DNA of 64,000 nucleotides, from assembly GCA_965205425.1 (NCBI GenBank), contig CBDBGZ010000009.1:1088001-1152000 (forward strand). The letters are read 5' to 3'. Positions 1 to 9,887 of the stretch are shown piece after piece; positions within the stretch are counted from its first letter, which is position 1; each line of letters starts with the position of its first letter. Made by a program: the position numbers and the translations under genes. Below the pieces are notes generated by a model. It worked only from the letters and a program-made list of their open reading frames with translations, made no database searches and was not told the DNA's origin. The DNA is from Nitrosopumilus sp. Lineage in GTDB: Archaea > Thermoproteota > Nitrososphaeria > Nitrososphaerales > Nitrosopumilaceae.

Positions 1-222
1 CAAAGACTAAATTTGGACAATTTAATTTTTAATGGTGGAGAAGAATACGAATTTATCTTTACAATACATCCAAAATATAAAAAAATAATTAAAAGAAATG
101 CAATATTAATGAAAATACCAATTATAGAAATTGGCTATGTTACTTTAGGTAAAGGGGTGTTTATTGAAAAAAATTCTAAACTTGTTCGTTTGAAAGATTT
201 AGGATGGAAACATTTCAAATAG
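1..222 (+). CDS. thiL: Thiamine-monophosphate kinase, C-terminal part (runs off window start)
   Basis: GGEEYEFIFT ... IG.V ... GWKHF C-terminal motifs typical of ThiL. Confidence 0.8.
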   Translation, partial: QRLNLDNLIFNGGEEYEFIFTIHPKYKKIIKRNAILMKIPIIEIGYVTLGKGVFIEKNSKLVRLKDLGWKHFK

Positions 223-540
223 TTATTCTCCATGAGAAATATCTCGTTCAACATTATTTACAATACTAAAAATTGAATCTGTAGGTAAAACAGCAACACA
301 TTCTGTCATCCATAAATTATCTAGATATGTTATACGTTTAAAATCATCATTTGGAAGTTCATCAGGATTTGAGTTAGGATACATTGCATGAATTCTATAT
401 CCTTCATTTGCAATTTGTTGACAATTTTGTTCTAAGGGAGATAAACCTGAATCATTCGGGGTTAAGAAATGAATTGCCACTGAGGCCATCAAAGCGACTG
501 CTATCGCTATACCAATTGCTAAAAAGAAAATGGATGCCAT
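223..540 (-). CDS. Hypothetical membrane-anchored protein
   Basis: 105-aa ORF, N-terminal hydrophobic helix, two Cys. Confidence 0.7.
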   Translation of the reverse strand: MASIFFLAIGIAIAVALMASVAIHFLTPNDSGLSPLEQNCQQIANEGYRIHAMYPNSNPDELPNDDFKRITYLDNLWMTECVAVLPTDSIFSIVNNVERDISHGE

Positions 541-657
541 TTAATCCAAACAAATGGAAATAGTATATGAATAGTCATTGATTCCTAGCCAATTATCAAA
601 AATAAGACAAGTTTGGAAAATCAATGTATTTTAAACCCTTTAAGGCCTGAGTAGACA

Positions 658-1191
658 TTGTCAGAAGTTGAAGCTGAGGTAAAGATAGAGGAAACTGAAG
701 CAGTAGTTGAGGAAACTGAAGCAGTAGTTGAGGAAACTGAAGCAGTAGTTGAGGAAACTGAAGCAGTAGTTGAATCAAAATCTCAACCAGAAACAAAAAA
801 AGAAGGCCCAGAGAAATGGGGAATTGCTCATATTTACAGTAGTTACAATAATACAATTATTCACATGACCGACCTTACAGGCGGAGAAACAGTGGCCATC
901 AGTTCTGGTGGAATTCATGTTAATGCAGATAGATACGAATCATCACCATTTGCTGCAATGAAAGCTGCAAATGCAGTAGTTGAATCTGCAAGAACCAAAG
1001 GATTTACTGGATTTCACATAAGAGTTCGTGCTGTTGGTGGAGTTGGTTCCAGAGTTCCGGGTCCAGGTGCACAAGCAGCAATTAGAGCATTAGCAAGAGG
1101 CGGATTCAAAATTGGAAGAATTGATGACGTTACACCAATTCCTCATGACACCACCAGAAAGAAAGGTGGTAAAAGAGGAAGAAGAGTCTAG
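658..1191 (+). CDS. rps11: 30S ribosomal protein S11 with acidic repeat N-extension
   Basis: [49 protein letters not shown]. Confidence 0.97.
   Translation: MSEVEAEVKIEETEAVVEETEAVVEETEAVVEETEAVVESKSQPETKKEGPEKWGIAHIYSSYNNTIIHMTDLTGGETVAISSGGIHVNADRYESSPFAAMKAANAVVESARTKGFTGFHIRVRAVGGVGSRVPGPGAQAAIRALARGGFKIGRIDDVTPIPHDTTRKKGGKRGRRV
688..771 (+). repeat. 4 x 21-bp perfect tandem repeat encoding EETEAVV
   Basis: GAGGAAACTGAAGCAGTAGTT x4 read directly. Confidence 0.97.
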
Positions 1192-1502
1192 TCAGAAATT
1201 TTTATTTTAAGTTCACAGCCTCTAGAAATAAAATAATCAGTCATAAATTTTACAAATTTTTCTGCAGGATAATTTGCTTGATATTTTTCAATCATATCAG
1301 AAAATTTTTCTTCTATTCCATTTTGTAAATCAGGTTTAAATGCAATTTTAAAAAATGTCCAACCAAATTTTGGAGAGGGTTCACTTAGAGCATACCCATT
1401 ATAGCCATTGACTAAACTTTCCATATGAGATAATGCTTTTTTAATCGATAGTAAATCATCTGTATAATTTTTTGTTCCAACTTCCAATACAATATTCATC
1501 AT
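1188..1502 (-). CDS. Hypothetical protein
   Basis: 104-aa ORF, 4-bp overlap with upstream gene in rtcB cluster. Confidence 0.75.
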   Translation of the reverse strand: MMNIVLEVGTKNYTDDLLSIKKALSHMESLVNGYNGYALSEPSPKFGWTFFKIAFKPDLQNGIEEKFSDMIEKYQANYPAEKFVKFMTDYFISRGCELKIKISD

Positions 1503-1903
1503 TCATCACCAGATGATTTATTGCTGAATTTGTCACTCAATGAAACAAATTTTCCATCTTGTTCAACATTAATTTTTGTAGCCATCCTAACATTCAATCC
1601 TACTGATCTAAACAAATTCAATAGTTTTCCTCCATCAAGACTTTCATTAATTTCACCAGTTTTAATTAATTCAAATAATTTATCTACAATCATTTTAGTT
1701 TCAGTAGGGAATTGGGATTCAGCGTTTTCTAAAACTTCTAATCCTCTAAATCCAAGAATTTTGATTAGAGAATCTCTAGGATTTTCAGTAACATTTTCTT
1801 TTGTAGTTTGAGTTGGCTCAGGTTCTTGTTTTGTAGAAATATTTTTCTGCATTTCTGCAAGTCTCTTTGCCTTTAATCTTTCAAGTTCAGAATCTTCGCT
1901 CAA
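1499..1903 (-). CDS. PDCD5-like dsDNA-binding protein
   Basis: D.ELERLKAKRLAEMQ N-terminus and LIKTGEI...LD...L..L pattern. Confidence 0.65.
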   Translation of the reverse strand: MSEDSELERLKAKRLAEMQKNISTKQEPEPTQTTKENVTENPRDSLIKILGFRGLEVLENAESQFPTETKMIVDKLFELIKTGEINESLDGGKLLNLFRSVGLNVRMATKINVEQDGKFVSLSDKFSNKSSGDE

Positions 1904-3348
1904 CCTTTAATCACACCAATAGGCACTAATTTTGCAACTTTTGTGGCAATTCCCAGATTATGAGATACATCAACTACAGAATCAACATCTTTGTAAGCTT
2001 GAGGGGTTTCTTCCACAACCCCATCTCGGGTTAATGCTTTGATAAATATGCCCTTGTCATTGAGGGATTTTTTGACATCATCCTCAGTAAAATTTCTTCT
2101 AGCCTTGGATCTTGACATGGTTCTACCTGCCCCGTGTGCAGTTGAACCAAAACTCAAATCCATAGAATTTGGCTGACCAAGTAAAATCCAGCTTGCAGTT
2201 CCCATTGAACCTGGAACCAGAACAGGTTGTCCCAAATCTCGATATTTTGAGGGTATTTCATTTCTATTTGCAGGAAATGCTCTAGTTGCACCCTTTCTAT
2301 GAACAACCAAATTTCGATCATGACCATCAACCTTGTGTTTTTCTACTTTAGCAATATTGTGTGCTACATCATAAACTAATTTCATATCAAGATCAGATTC
2401 AGATTGATTGAAAACACGTTGAAATGAATTTCTAGTCCAATGAGTTAACATTTGTCTATTGCTCCATGCAAAATTTAATGCTGAAAACATTGCTTTTCTA
2501 TAAGACTCACCTTCTTCAGAATTATTTGGAACACATGCTAGTTCTCTGTCGGGCAAATTAATATCATATTTTTCCATAGCTTGTTCAGAGACTCTAAGAT
2601 AATCACTACATACTTGATGACCAAATCCTCTAGAACCACAATGAATTAAAATAGTGATAGTTCCTTCTTCAATTCCCATTCTTTTTGCTGCTTCTTCATC
2701 ATGAATTTCTGCAACTTTTTGAACCTCAAGAAAATGATTCCCAGAACCTAAACTTCCGAGTTGAGGTGCACCTCTTTTTCTAGCTTTATCAGAAACTTTG
2801 TTCGGATCAGCATTTTGTATTTGTCCATTTTCTTCACAAACATCTGCATCATCGGATGTACCATATCCATGATCAATTGCCCAATTAACTCCTTTAACTA
2901 AAACTTCATCAAGTTCTGAATGTGTAAGTTTTACTGCGCCTTTAGATCCAACACCAGAAGGAATAGAGCTAAATAGATCAGTAACTAGTTCTTTTAATTT
3001 TGAACGAACTGTTTGTTCTGTTAAATTTGAACGGAGTAATCTAACGCCACAGTTGATATCATAACCAACGCCACCAGGACTAATCATTCCTTCTTCAGCA
3101 TCCATTGCTGCAACTCCACCAACAGGAAAACCATATCCTTCATGTCCATCTGGCAATACAACACTATGTCCTACAATACCAGGAATTGAAGCAACATTTC
3201 GTGCCTGCATAATTGTTCTATCAGATAACATTTTCTGCATTAATGATTCATTAGCATAAATCCTTACAGGGACTTTCATCCCAAGGTTTGAATCAGCATC
3301 AATTTGATATTGATTTTCTCCAATTTTTCTCGGATTAGTAGAGGACAT
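1900..3348 (-). CDS. rtcB: RNA-splicing ligase RtcB
   Basis: PDGHEGYGFPVGG, GYDINCGVRL, GSLGSGNHFLEVQ, VHRKGAT, STAHGAGR. Confidence 0.97.
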   Translation of the reverse strand: MSSTNPRKIGENQYQIDADSNLGMKVPVRIYANESLMQKMLSDRTIMQARNVASIPGIVGHSVVLPDGHEGYGFPVGGVAAMDAEEGMISPGGVGYDINCGVRLLRSNLTEQTVRSKLKELVTDLFSSIPSGVGSKGAVKLTHSELDEVLVKGVNWAIDHGYGTSDDADVCEENGQIQNADPNKVSDKARKRGAPQLGSLGSGNHFLEVQKVAEIHDEEAAKRMGIEEGTITILIHCGSRGFGHQVCSDYLRVSEQAMEKYDINLPDRELACVPNNSEEGESYRKAMFSALNFAWSNRQMLTHWTRNSFQRVFNQSESDLDMKLVYDVAHNIAKVEKHKVDGHDRNLVVHRKGATRAFPANRNEIPSKYRDLGQPVLVPGSMGTASWILLGQPNSMDLSFGSTAHGAGRTMSRSKARRNFTEDDVKKSLNDKGIFIKALTRDGVVEETPQAYKDVDSVVDVSHNLGIATKVAKLVPIGVIKG

Positions 3349-3408
3349 GAGTATGGGTAAAAATTCCTTTCAATCCAATTTAAATTATTCAAAGTTAGTT
3401 CAAAAAGT

Positions 3409-3564
3409 ATGTTAGATGAAACAATAATCACACAAAAAGCAAATCAATTACTTGCAGAATTCAGATCAAATCCAGATTGGGCAATTGACGAAAAAAATTT
3501 CAAACAAGGATATTTCAAAGCTTTAGAGTGGGTTTTGCAAGATACTGGGATTATAGAAAGGTAA
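3409..3564 (+). CDS. Small hypothetical protein (51 aa), below ORF-track cut-off
   Basis: ATG..TAA, MLDETIITQKANQLLAEFRSNPDWAIDEKNFKQGYFKALEWVLQDTGIIER fills the intergenic gap. Confidence 0.6.
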   Translation: MLDETIITQKANQLLAEFRSNPDWAIDEKNFKQGYFKALEWVLQDTGIIER

Positions 3565-3633
3565 TTTTGATAATTATTGCCAAATACTGGATTAATGATC
3601 TAATTTATCTATGATAAAATAGTTTCATTATTC

Positions 3634-3834
3634 ATGGTAAGAAAAAAACTAACTGAAAAAGAAGTAGCGAAACAAAAAGAAGAACAAAAAGTTAGAGCTA
3701 AAGCTTCTCGTGCAGCTAGAAGAAGTGGAAAAAGTGTCAAAACAGAAGGAAAGGTTAGTAAATCAACTGCAAAGACAAAAGAAGTTAGATCATCAAAGAA
3801 AGTTGCAGCTGTAAAAAAGAGAACAAGAAGTTAG
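3634..3834 (+). CDS. Small highly basic protein (Lys/Arg-rich)
   Basis: 66-aa ORF dominated by K/R/S/A. Confidence 0.65.
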   Translation: MVRKKLTEKEVAKQKEEQKVRAKASRAARRSGKSVKTEGKVSKSTAKTKEVRSSKKVAAVKKRTRS

Positions 3835-3865
3835 ATTTATGTACAAAGTATAAACAATAGATACA

Positions 3866-5227
3866 TTGGCAATCCTACCTATTGATAATGGTCGTTATGG
3901 CACCAAAGAAATGATGGTAATTTTCAGTGAGCAAAAGAAAATAGATTATCAATTAGAGATCGAAGGAGCAGCTGCTATTTCTCAAAGTGAGATAGGAATG
4001 ATCTCAAAGGGTGTAGGTAAAGAAATTCACAAGGCTGCAATGTCAGGGAAAATCACTGTAAAAAGAATCAAACAGTTAGAAGCAAAAAGTGATCACGATA
4101 CTGCCGCTTTAGTAGAATCACTTAGTGAGAAATGTTCTAAAAATGCAAGACCTTGGATTCATTATGGTTTGACAAGTAATGATTTAGTTGATACAAGTAA
4201 TTCTATGCAAATGAGAGATGCATTGCAAATTATTGAACCCAAAGTTGCAAAGATGGCATCTATTCTTGCAAAAAAATCTGTAAAATATTCAAAGATTCCA
4301 GCAGTAGGTAGAACTCACGGACAACATGCCAGCATTATATCATTTGGATTAAAATTTGCTAACTGGGCTGCAGAGATGGCAAAACATGTAGAGCGAATTG
4401 AAGAAATTAAGAAAAGAATTTTGATTTGTAAAACATTAGGTGTCGTAGGTACGGGTTCCCTAATGGGGGCAAAATCACTTGAAGTACAAAAAAGAGCTGC
4501 AAAGCGACTAAAATTATTCCCAGCAGAAGTTACAACACAAATTGTACCTAGAGAAAGATATGCAGAATATGTATTTGAATTGGCATTGATTGGTGCTACT
4601 TTAGAAAAAATTGCAATAGAGATTAGAAATTTACAAAGAACTGAAATAGGCGAAGTTGCAGAACAATTTAAGAAAGGACAAATGGGAAGCAGTGCAGTTC
4701 CAGTGAAAAGGAATCCAATAAAGAGTGAACGAGTATCATCATTGTCAAAATTAGTAAGAAGTCAAGTAGCATTATCTTTTGAAAATATTCCATTATGGCA
4801 TGAACGAGATTTATCAAATTCAGCCAATGAGAGATTTGTAATTCCAACAGTATCAATTCTTGTTGATGAAATGCTTGAAACCATGACTAGAATTGTTTCA
4901 AACTTGATGGTAAACGAGAAAAGAATTGTAGATAATCTATACATTACAAAAGGCCAAATATTTGCAGAGTTTGTTTTAGAGGCATTAATCAAAAAAGGTA
5001 TTCCAAGATTTGTTGCATATAGAGATGTCCAGAGAGTGGCATTTGAGGCAAATGACAAAGGAATGTTTTACAAAGATGCAATCAAAAACGATAAAGCATT
5101 TTCTTCAAAGCTCACTGACAAAGAAATTGATGCAATATTCTCACCAGAAAAACACCTTGGTGCATCACCAGCAATCATTAGTAATGTAGAGAAATCAGTT
5201 AAGAAAACAGTTCAAAAATTCCTCTAA
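3866..5227 (+). CDS. purB: Adenylosuccinate lyase
   Basis: HYGLTSND, GRTHGQHA, GSSAVPVKRNP signature. Confidence 0.96.
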   Translation: MAILPIDNGRYGTKEMMVIFSEQKKIDYQLEIEGAAAISQSEIGMISKGVGKEIHKAAMSGKITVKRIKQLEAKSDHDTAALVESLSEKCSKNARPWIHYGLTSNDLVDTSNSMQMRDALQIIEPKVAKMASILAKKSVKYSKIPAVGRTHGQHASIISFGLKFANWAAEMAKHVERIEEIKKRILICKTLGVVGTGSLMGAKSLEVQKRAAKRLKLFPAEVTTQIVPRERYAEYVFELALIGATLEKIAIEIRNLQRTEIGEVAEQFKKGQMGSSAVPVKRNPIKSERVSSLSKLVRSQVALSFENIPLWHERDLSNSANERFVIPTVSILVDEMLETMTRIVSNLMVNEKRIVDNLYITKGQIFAEFVLEALIKKGIPRFVAYRDVQRVAFEANDKGMFYKDAIKNDKAFSSKLTDKEIDAIFSPEKHLGASPAIISNVEKSVKKTVQKFL

Positions 5228-5315
5228 AACATTTTAGAACAATCATACCTTAAGTGTTGAATCATGGGGATTCAGCCACTATTTTGGAAATGAGAATGGA
5301 CGCAAATACGCCTAA

Positions 5316-5975
5316 TTAAGAAGATTTAGTGTGAGATGCAATTCTCTTTTCACTTGGTTTGTGTTTTCCTGTAACGATATAGTTGATGGCATCACTCATG
5401 AACACTGCATGATCTCCAATTCTTTCAAGATAACGTAAGAGTAAGGCTTCAGCTAGAGCACATTTGGTATTGTTTGATTTTATCAACTGTGGCAATCGTT
5501 CGTTGTAGATTTTATCTATGAATGCTTCATCTTCTTGTATTTTTACAGCTTTTCTTACATCAAGTTCTGCAAAGGACAAAACAGCTTCCTTTATCATGTG
5601 TTTTACTTTTTTTGTAATTTCAACAAGAGATTCATTTGGACATTCAGAAATATCTCCAAATAGATCTCTTACCTGAGTTATATCATAAGCATATCTTCCA
5701 AATCTTGAAAATGCGTAAGATATTTCAGTTGACGAACGAATCATTCTAAAATCATCTGCTACTGGTTGATATTTTAATAACATATCAAAAATCAAATCTT
5801 CAACTTCGAAATACTTGTTACGAATTGAATCAGATAGTTCGTAAACCTGCTCAGTGGTATTTTTTCCATCAAGATATGAATCGACAGCTAGTGAAACACA
5901 TTCACTTGCCATATCTCCCATCTGAGACATTATCGCACTTAATCTTTCAAGAGATGGATCAATTAATCTAGTCAT
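5316..5975 (-). CDS. phoU: Phosphate transport accessory protein PhoU
   Basis: YQPVADDFR, LERIGDHA motifs; downstream of pstB. Confidence 0.92.
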   Translation of the reverse strand: MTRLIDPSLERLSAIMSQMGDMASECVSLAVDSYLDGKNTTEQVYELSDSIRNKYFEVEDLIFDMLLKYQPVADDFRMIRSSTEISYAFSRFGRYAYDITQVRDLFGDISECPNESLVEITKKVKHMIKEAVLSFAELDVRKAVKIQEDEAFIDKIYNERLPQLIKSNNTKCALAEALLLRYLERIGDHAVFMSDAINYIVTGKHKPSEKRIASHTKSS

Positions 5976-6811
5976 TATCCAAATTGCCCCTGAACATATT
6001 TTGCCGTCAAATCATTTTTTGGATCAGTAAATAATTTCTTTGTTTCTCTAAACTCAATTAATTCTCCAAGATACATAAATCCGGTATAATCTGAAACTCT
6101 AACTGCTTGTTGCATGTTATGAGTTACTATAATTATCGTATAGTCTTTTTTTAATTCTGTAATTGTTTCTTCAATTTTTTGTGTTGCAATAGGATCTAAT
6201 GCAGATGCAGGCTCATCCATTAGTAATACCTCAGGTTGAATTGCCAATGCTCTTGCAATGCAAAGCCTTTGTTGTTGACCACCAGATAATTCAATTGCAG
6301 ATTTTTTCAAATCATTTTTTACTTCATCCCAAAGATATGCCATTTTGAGCGTATCCTCTACAATTTCATCTAGAATTCTCTTGTCTTTTACTCCATTTAG
6401 TTTTAGACCCGCAGTAACGTTATCATAAATTGACATTGTTGGGAACGGATTTGGTTTTTGAAAAACCATCCCCACTTTTCTTCTATGATAGATTGGGTCT
6501 ATTGATTTATCATAGAGATCAATATCATCAATCATTACTTTACCTTCAACTTTAGCGTTTTTTGTCATATCATGCATCCGGTTAAGACATCTAAGAAAAG
6601 TGGTCTTTCCACATCCAGATGGACCAATTAAAGCAGTGACAGATTTTTCTGGAAATTTCATTGTAACGTTTTTCACACCCATTGTATCGCCATAATGAAT
6701 AGTTACATTTTCTGCAATCATTTTGAATTTTTTTTCTACACGAGATACAGAGTCAGGAATTTTTGAATTAGTAGAATTAGTAATGTTTTGTTCAGGTGTA
6801 CTCATAGTCAT
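5975..6811 (-). CDS. pstB: Phosphate ABC transporter ATPase
   Basis: [39 protein letters not shown]. Confidence 0.97.
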   Translation of the reverse strand: MTMSTPEQNITNSTNSKIPDSVSRVEKKFKMIAENVTIHYGDTMGVKNVTMKFPEKSVTALIGPSGCGKTTFLRCLNRMHDMTKNAKVEGKVMIDDIDLYDKSIDPIYHRRKVGMVFQKPNPFPTMSIYDNVTAGLKLNGVKDKRILDEIVEDTLKMAYLWDEVKNDLKKSAIELSGGQQQRLCIARALAIQPEVLLMDEPASALDPIATQKIEETITELKKDYTIIIVTHNMQQAVRVSDYTGFMYLGELIEFRETKKLFTDPKNDLTAKYVQGQFG

Positions 6812-7731
6812 TGCTTAACTGATCCTCCATGTTTAATCAACTTCCTTATCATTCCAGTTCCATTTCCAAAATAATAACGAACAGCTAAATTGATTCCAAT
6901 GATGATAAATATCAAAACTAATGCAGCCCCCCATCCCTGTAACTGTGAACTCTCATAAGGTAACAAAGATAATCTCCAAATTCTCAAAGGTAAGGCATCC
7001 ATTGGAACATCCATGCTACTGAAAAATTGACTGCTTCCAAGAATGGTCATTATCAAAGGAGCAGTTTCTCCACCTATTCTTGAAACGGAAAGTAAAATTC
7101 CAGTAATCATTCCGCCTTTAGCAGCAGAAATTACAATTCTAAAACTAATAACCCATTTTTTCAAACCTAGGGCAGTTCCTGCTTCACGATAAGTTACAGG
7201 AACCATCTTTAGAGATTCCTCAGTAGTTCTTGCAACAATTGGAAACATGATTAATGCCAATGCAAATGCACCAGCCCATACTGAAAAATGTCCAAGAATC
7301 AATACAATTACTAAAAATGCAAAAATTCCAAGAACTATAGATGGAAATTCCATAAACACATCATTGAAAAATCGAACATTTCTTGCAAGTCTATTATCAC
7401 CGTATTCTGAGAGAAATATACCGGACATAACTCCAATAGGAACTCCAATCAGGCTGGCAAGCCCAATTATTATCAAGGTACCCTGAATTGCAGGTCCAAT
7501 ACCACCTTCACCCGAACCGATTGATCCAGGAGTTGCAGTTAAAAACTCATAATTTATTGCAGTAATACCATTTTTGAAAACTTCTACAAGTATACTTCCA
7601 AGAGGAATAATTGCAATTATGACAAATGCGAAAATTATGATATGAACTATTTTATCAACAAGTAATCTCTTTTTTACATTATTTTTGAATAATGCACGAT
7701 ACTCTTGTCTTTTTTCGTTAGTTGTAGTCAA
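6808..7731 (-). CDS. pstA: Phosphate ABC transporter permease PstA
   Basis: [25 protein letters not shown]. Confidence 0.95.
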   Translation of the reverse strand: MTTTNEKRQEYRALFKNNVKKRLLVDKIVHIIIFAFVIIAIIPLGSILVEVFKNGITAINYEFLTATPGSIGSGEGGIGPAIQGTLIIIGLASLIGVPIGVMSGIFLSEYGDNRLARNVRFFNDVFMEFPSIVLGIFAFLVIVLILGHFSVWAGAFALALIMFPIVARTTEESLKMVPVTYREAGTALGLKKWVISFRIVISAAKGGMITGILLSVSRIGGETAPLIMTILGSSQFFSSMDVPMDALPLRIWRLSLLPYESSQLQGWGAALVLIFIIIGINLAVRYYFGNGTGMIRKLIKHGGSVKQ

Positions 7732-8699
7732 TTGTTAATGGCCCCCTCCTTTACTTTCATCATTCTAGTTACTAGAAGATGTGCGACAACATTAATCACA
7801 ATTGCAATAAGTAAAAGAATCAAAGCAACACCAATTAAAGCAGGAAGATGTAAAGATGCAGGAGATGCTTCAACAAACTCATTTGCAATAATACTAGACA
7901 TTGTTTGACTTGGTTTGAAGAAAGAGGAGGGGAATGCAGAGATGCCTGTTGCATTACCAATTAACATTGTAACTGCCATTGTTTCGCCAACAGCTCTGCC
8001 AAGTCCTAGAATTGAAGCCCCAATTAATCCCGTCTTAGAATATGGGAATACTGCAAGCTTGAACATTTCCCATTTCGTTGCACCTAACATGTATGCAGCT
8101 TCTCTTTGTTGTTGAGGAACTGCTTTCATTATTTCACGTGAAACTGATGAAACTGTGGGGATAATCATAATAGCTAAAATTACACTTGCTGTAATGAGAT
8201 CAAGACCAAATGGAGTTCCTGAAAATAAAAATATTGAATCTCCAAACAAATCATGTAAGGGTTTCTCCACCCAATCTTGAAAATAAAGTCTAAAAACTAA
8301 AAGACCCCATAGACCATAAATTATGCTTGGAACTGCTGCTAAAAGTTCAACTAGAAATCCTAATGGGCCACCAATTTTTGCAGGAGCGTCTGAAATGAAC
8401 ATTGCAATTCCAATACTGAGAGGTACGCCAATTGCCATTGCTAAAGCAGCAGTAGCAAGCGTGCCTGCAATATAGGGCAATGCCCCAAATGACTCTCTCC
8501 CCTCAACTGCATTCCAATCAGTACCAATGATAAATCCAAGACCTTCAGATTCCCAAATAGGGTAAGATTCAGAAATTAACTGAAATATCATCAGGACTAT
8601 TATTACTAAAACAAACGCTCCGGCAATAGTTGCACCTAATTTGAAAATTTGATCAGAATTAATTTTTCGCTTATGTGGTGTGAGTATATTTTTCTCCAC
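7728..8699 (-). CDS. pstC: Phosphate ABC transporter permease PstC
   Basis: ELLAAVPSIIYGLWG, GLGRAVGETMAV. Confidence 0.95.
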   Translation of the reverse strand: MEKNILTPHKRKINSDQIFKLGATIAGAFVLVIIVLMIFQLISESYPIWESEGLGFIIGTDWNAVEGRESFGALPYIAGTLATAALAMAIGVPLSIGIAMFISDAPAKIGGPLGFLVELLAAVPSIIYGLWGLLVFRLYFQDWVEKPLHDLFGDSIFLFSGTPFGLDLITASVILAIMIIPTVSSVSREIMKAVPQQQREAAYMLGATKWEMFKLAVFPYSKTGLIGASILGLGRAVGETMAVTMLIGNATGISAFPSSFFKPSQTMSSIIANEFVEASPASLHLPALIGVALILLLIAIVINVVAHLLVTRMMKVKEGAINN

Positions 8700-8771
8700 A
8701 CAGTTTCAACATGAATTACGGGTTATCTAAAAAATGATCATAAATTATGTAGAGTATGATATCAATTGAGA

Positions 8772-8781
8772 TCTATATAGA
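8772..8781. promoter_or_regulatory. Palindrome TCTATATAGA between divergent pstC and regulator (candidate operator)
   Basis: Perfect 10-bp palindrome; near-identical copy upstream of pstS. Confidence 0.4.
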
Positions 8782-8837
8782 CTATGTTCAGAAGCAGTAT
8801 AACAACTAAAACGCATTAAACATCATAGTTACAAACC

Positions 8838-9860
8838 ATGTCAGAAATTAAACAAATGAGAAGACTGCAATTAACTGGCGGTTCTACATACACTGTTTCA
8901 TTACCAAAAACATGGGTTGATGAATTGCAATTAAAGAAAAATTCCAATGTTACTTTAGTAAAGAATCGCAATAATTCAATAATATTATTTCAAGAAGAAC
9001 AAAGTAAAAAGACTAATGCCATTGCGCTAATTGGAAAAAAGGATTCAAAGGAATCCATAAGAAGAAAAATTATTGCAATGTATCTTTCAGGTTACAAAAC
9101 TATTGAAATCAAAACTAAAGGAATAGAAATTACTAGTATGCATAGAGGAGCAATTAGAGATTTAGTTAGAACCACACTAATGGGCACTGAAATAGTTGAG
9201 GCAAGTTCAGAAAAAATAATATTACAAGTTCTTACACAACTTGCACAATTATCATTTGCTGTTGCATTAAAGAGAATGTACATTACTGCTACAAACATGC
9301 ATCAAGAAGCTATGGAATCATTAAATGAAAGAAATTCAGATCATGCCGAAGAAGTTCTCAAAATGGATGATGAGGTTGACAGATTCAGTCTCTATTTACT
9401 GAGAAATCTAAATTTATCATTAGAAAATGTACAGGTTTTGTTAGATTCTGGGCTCGAAAAACCATCCGATTGCCTTGGCTATAGAACAGTAGTAAAATGT
9501 GTAGAAAGAATTGCAGATCATGCAGGACTAATTGCAAAAAAAGTAAAATATCTAGATTCTCCAATAGACAAAAAAATTCTAAAAGAAATAGATCAAATTA
9601 GCAAAGAATCCCTTATTGTTTTTGAAAATTCAATCACAGCGCTAACCAAAAGAGATTATGATATGGCAGAAAAAGTGGCATCAAGTGTAACCAAAGTAAT
9701 TGAAAAAGAGAAAAAACTGATGGATTCTCTCAAACCAGATGACAATATAGCCATAATAAAATTAATTTTAGAAGACATTAGAAGAACTGCTGAATATTCT
9801 AGAGATATATCTGAAATTGCAATAGATGAAACAGTACAAAGTGTAATAGAAGAATCTTAA
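8838..9860 (+). CDS. Phosphate uptake regulator (AbrB-type N-terminus + PhoU domains)
   Basis: RRLQLTGGSTYTVSLPKTW; DDEVDRF; ERIADHA. Confidence 0.9.
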   Translation: MSEIKQMRRLQLTGGSTYTVSLPKTWVDELQLKKNSNVTLVKNRNNSIILFQEEQSKKTNAIALIGKKDSKESIRRKIIAMYLSGYKTIEIKTKGIEITSMHRGAIRDLVRTTLMGTEIVEASSEKIILQVLTQLAQLSFAVALKRMYITATNMHQEAMESLNERNSDHAEEVLKMDDEVDRFSLYLLRNLNLSLENVQVLLDSGLEKPSDCLGYRTVVKCVERIADHAGLIAKKVKYLDSPIDKKILKEIDQISKESLIVFENSITALTKRDYDMAEKVASSVTKVIEKEKKLMDSLKPDDNIAIIKLILEDIRRTAEYSRDISEIAIDETVQSVIEES

Positions 9861-9887
9861 AAAAAGAAAAAAATAACTTTGGATAAT

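Noticed and set aside
596..856. Minus-strand ORF with LLLQFPQ repeats
   Set aside because: Antisense shadow of the rps11 minisatellite.
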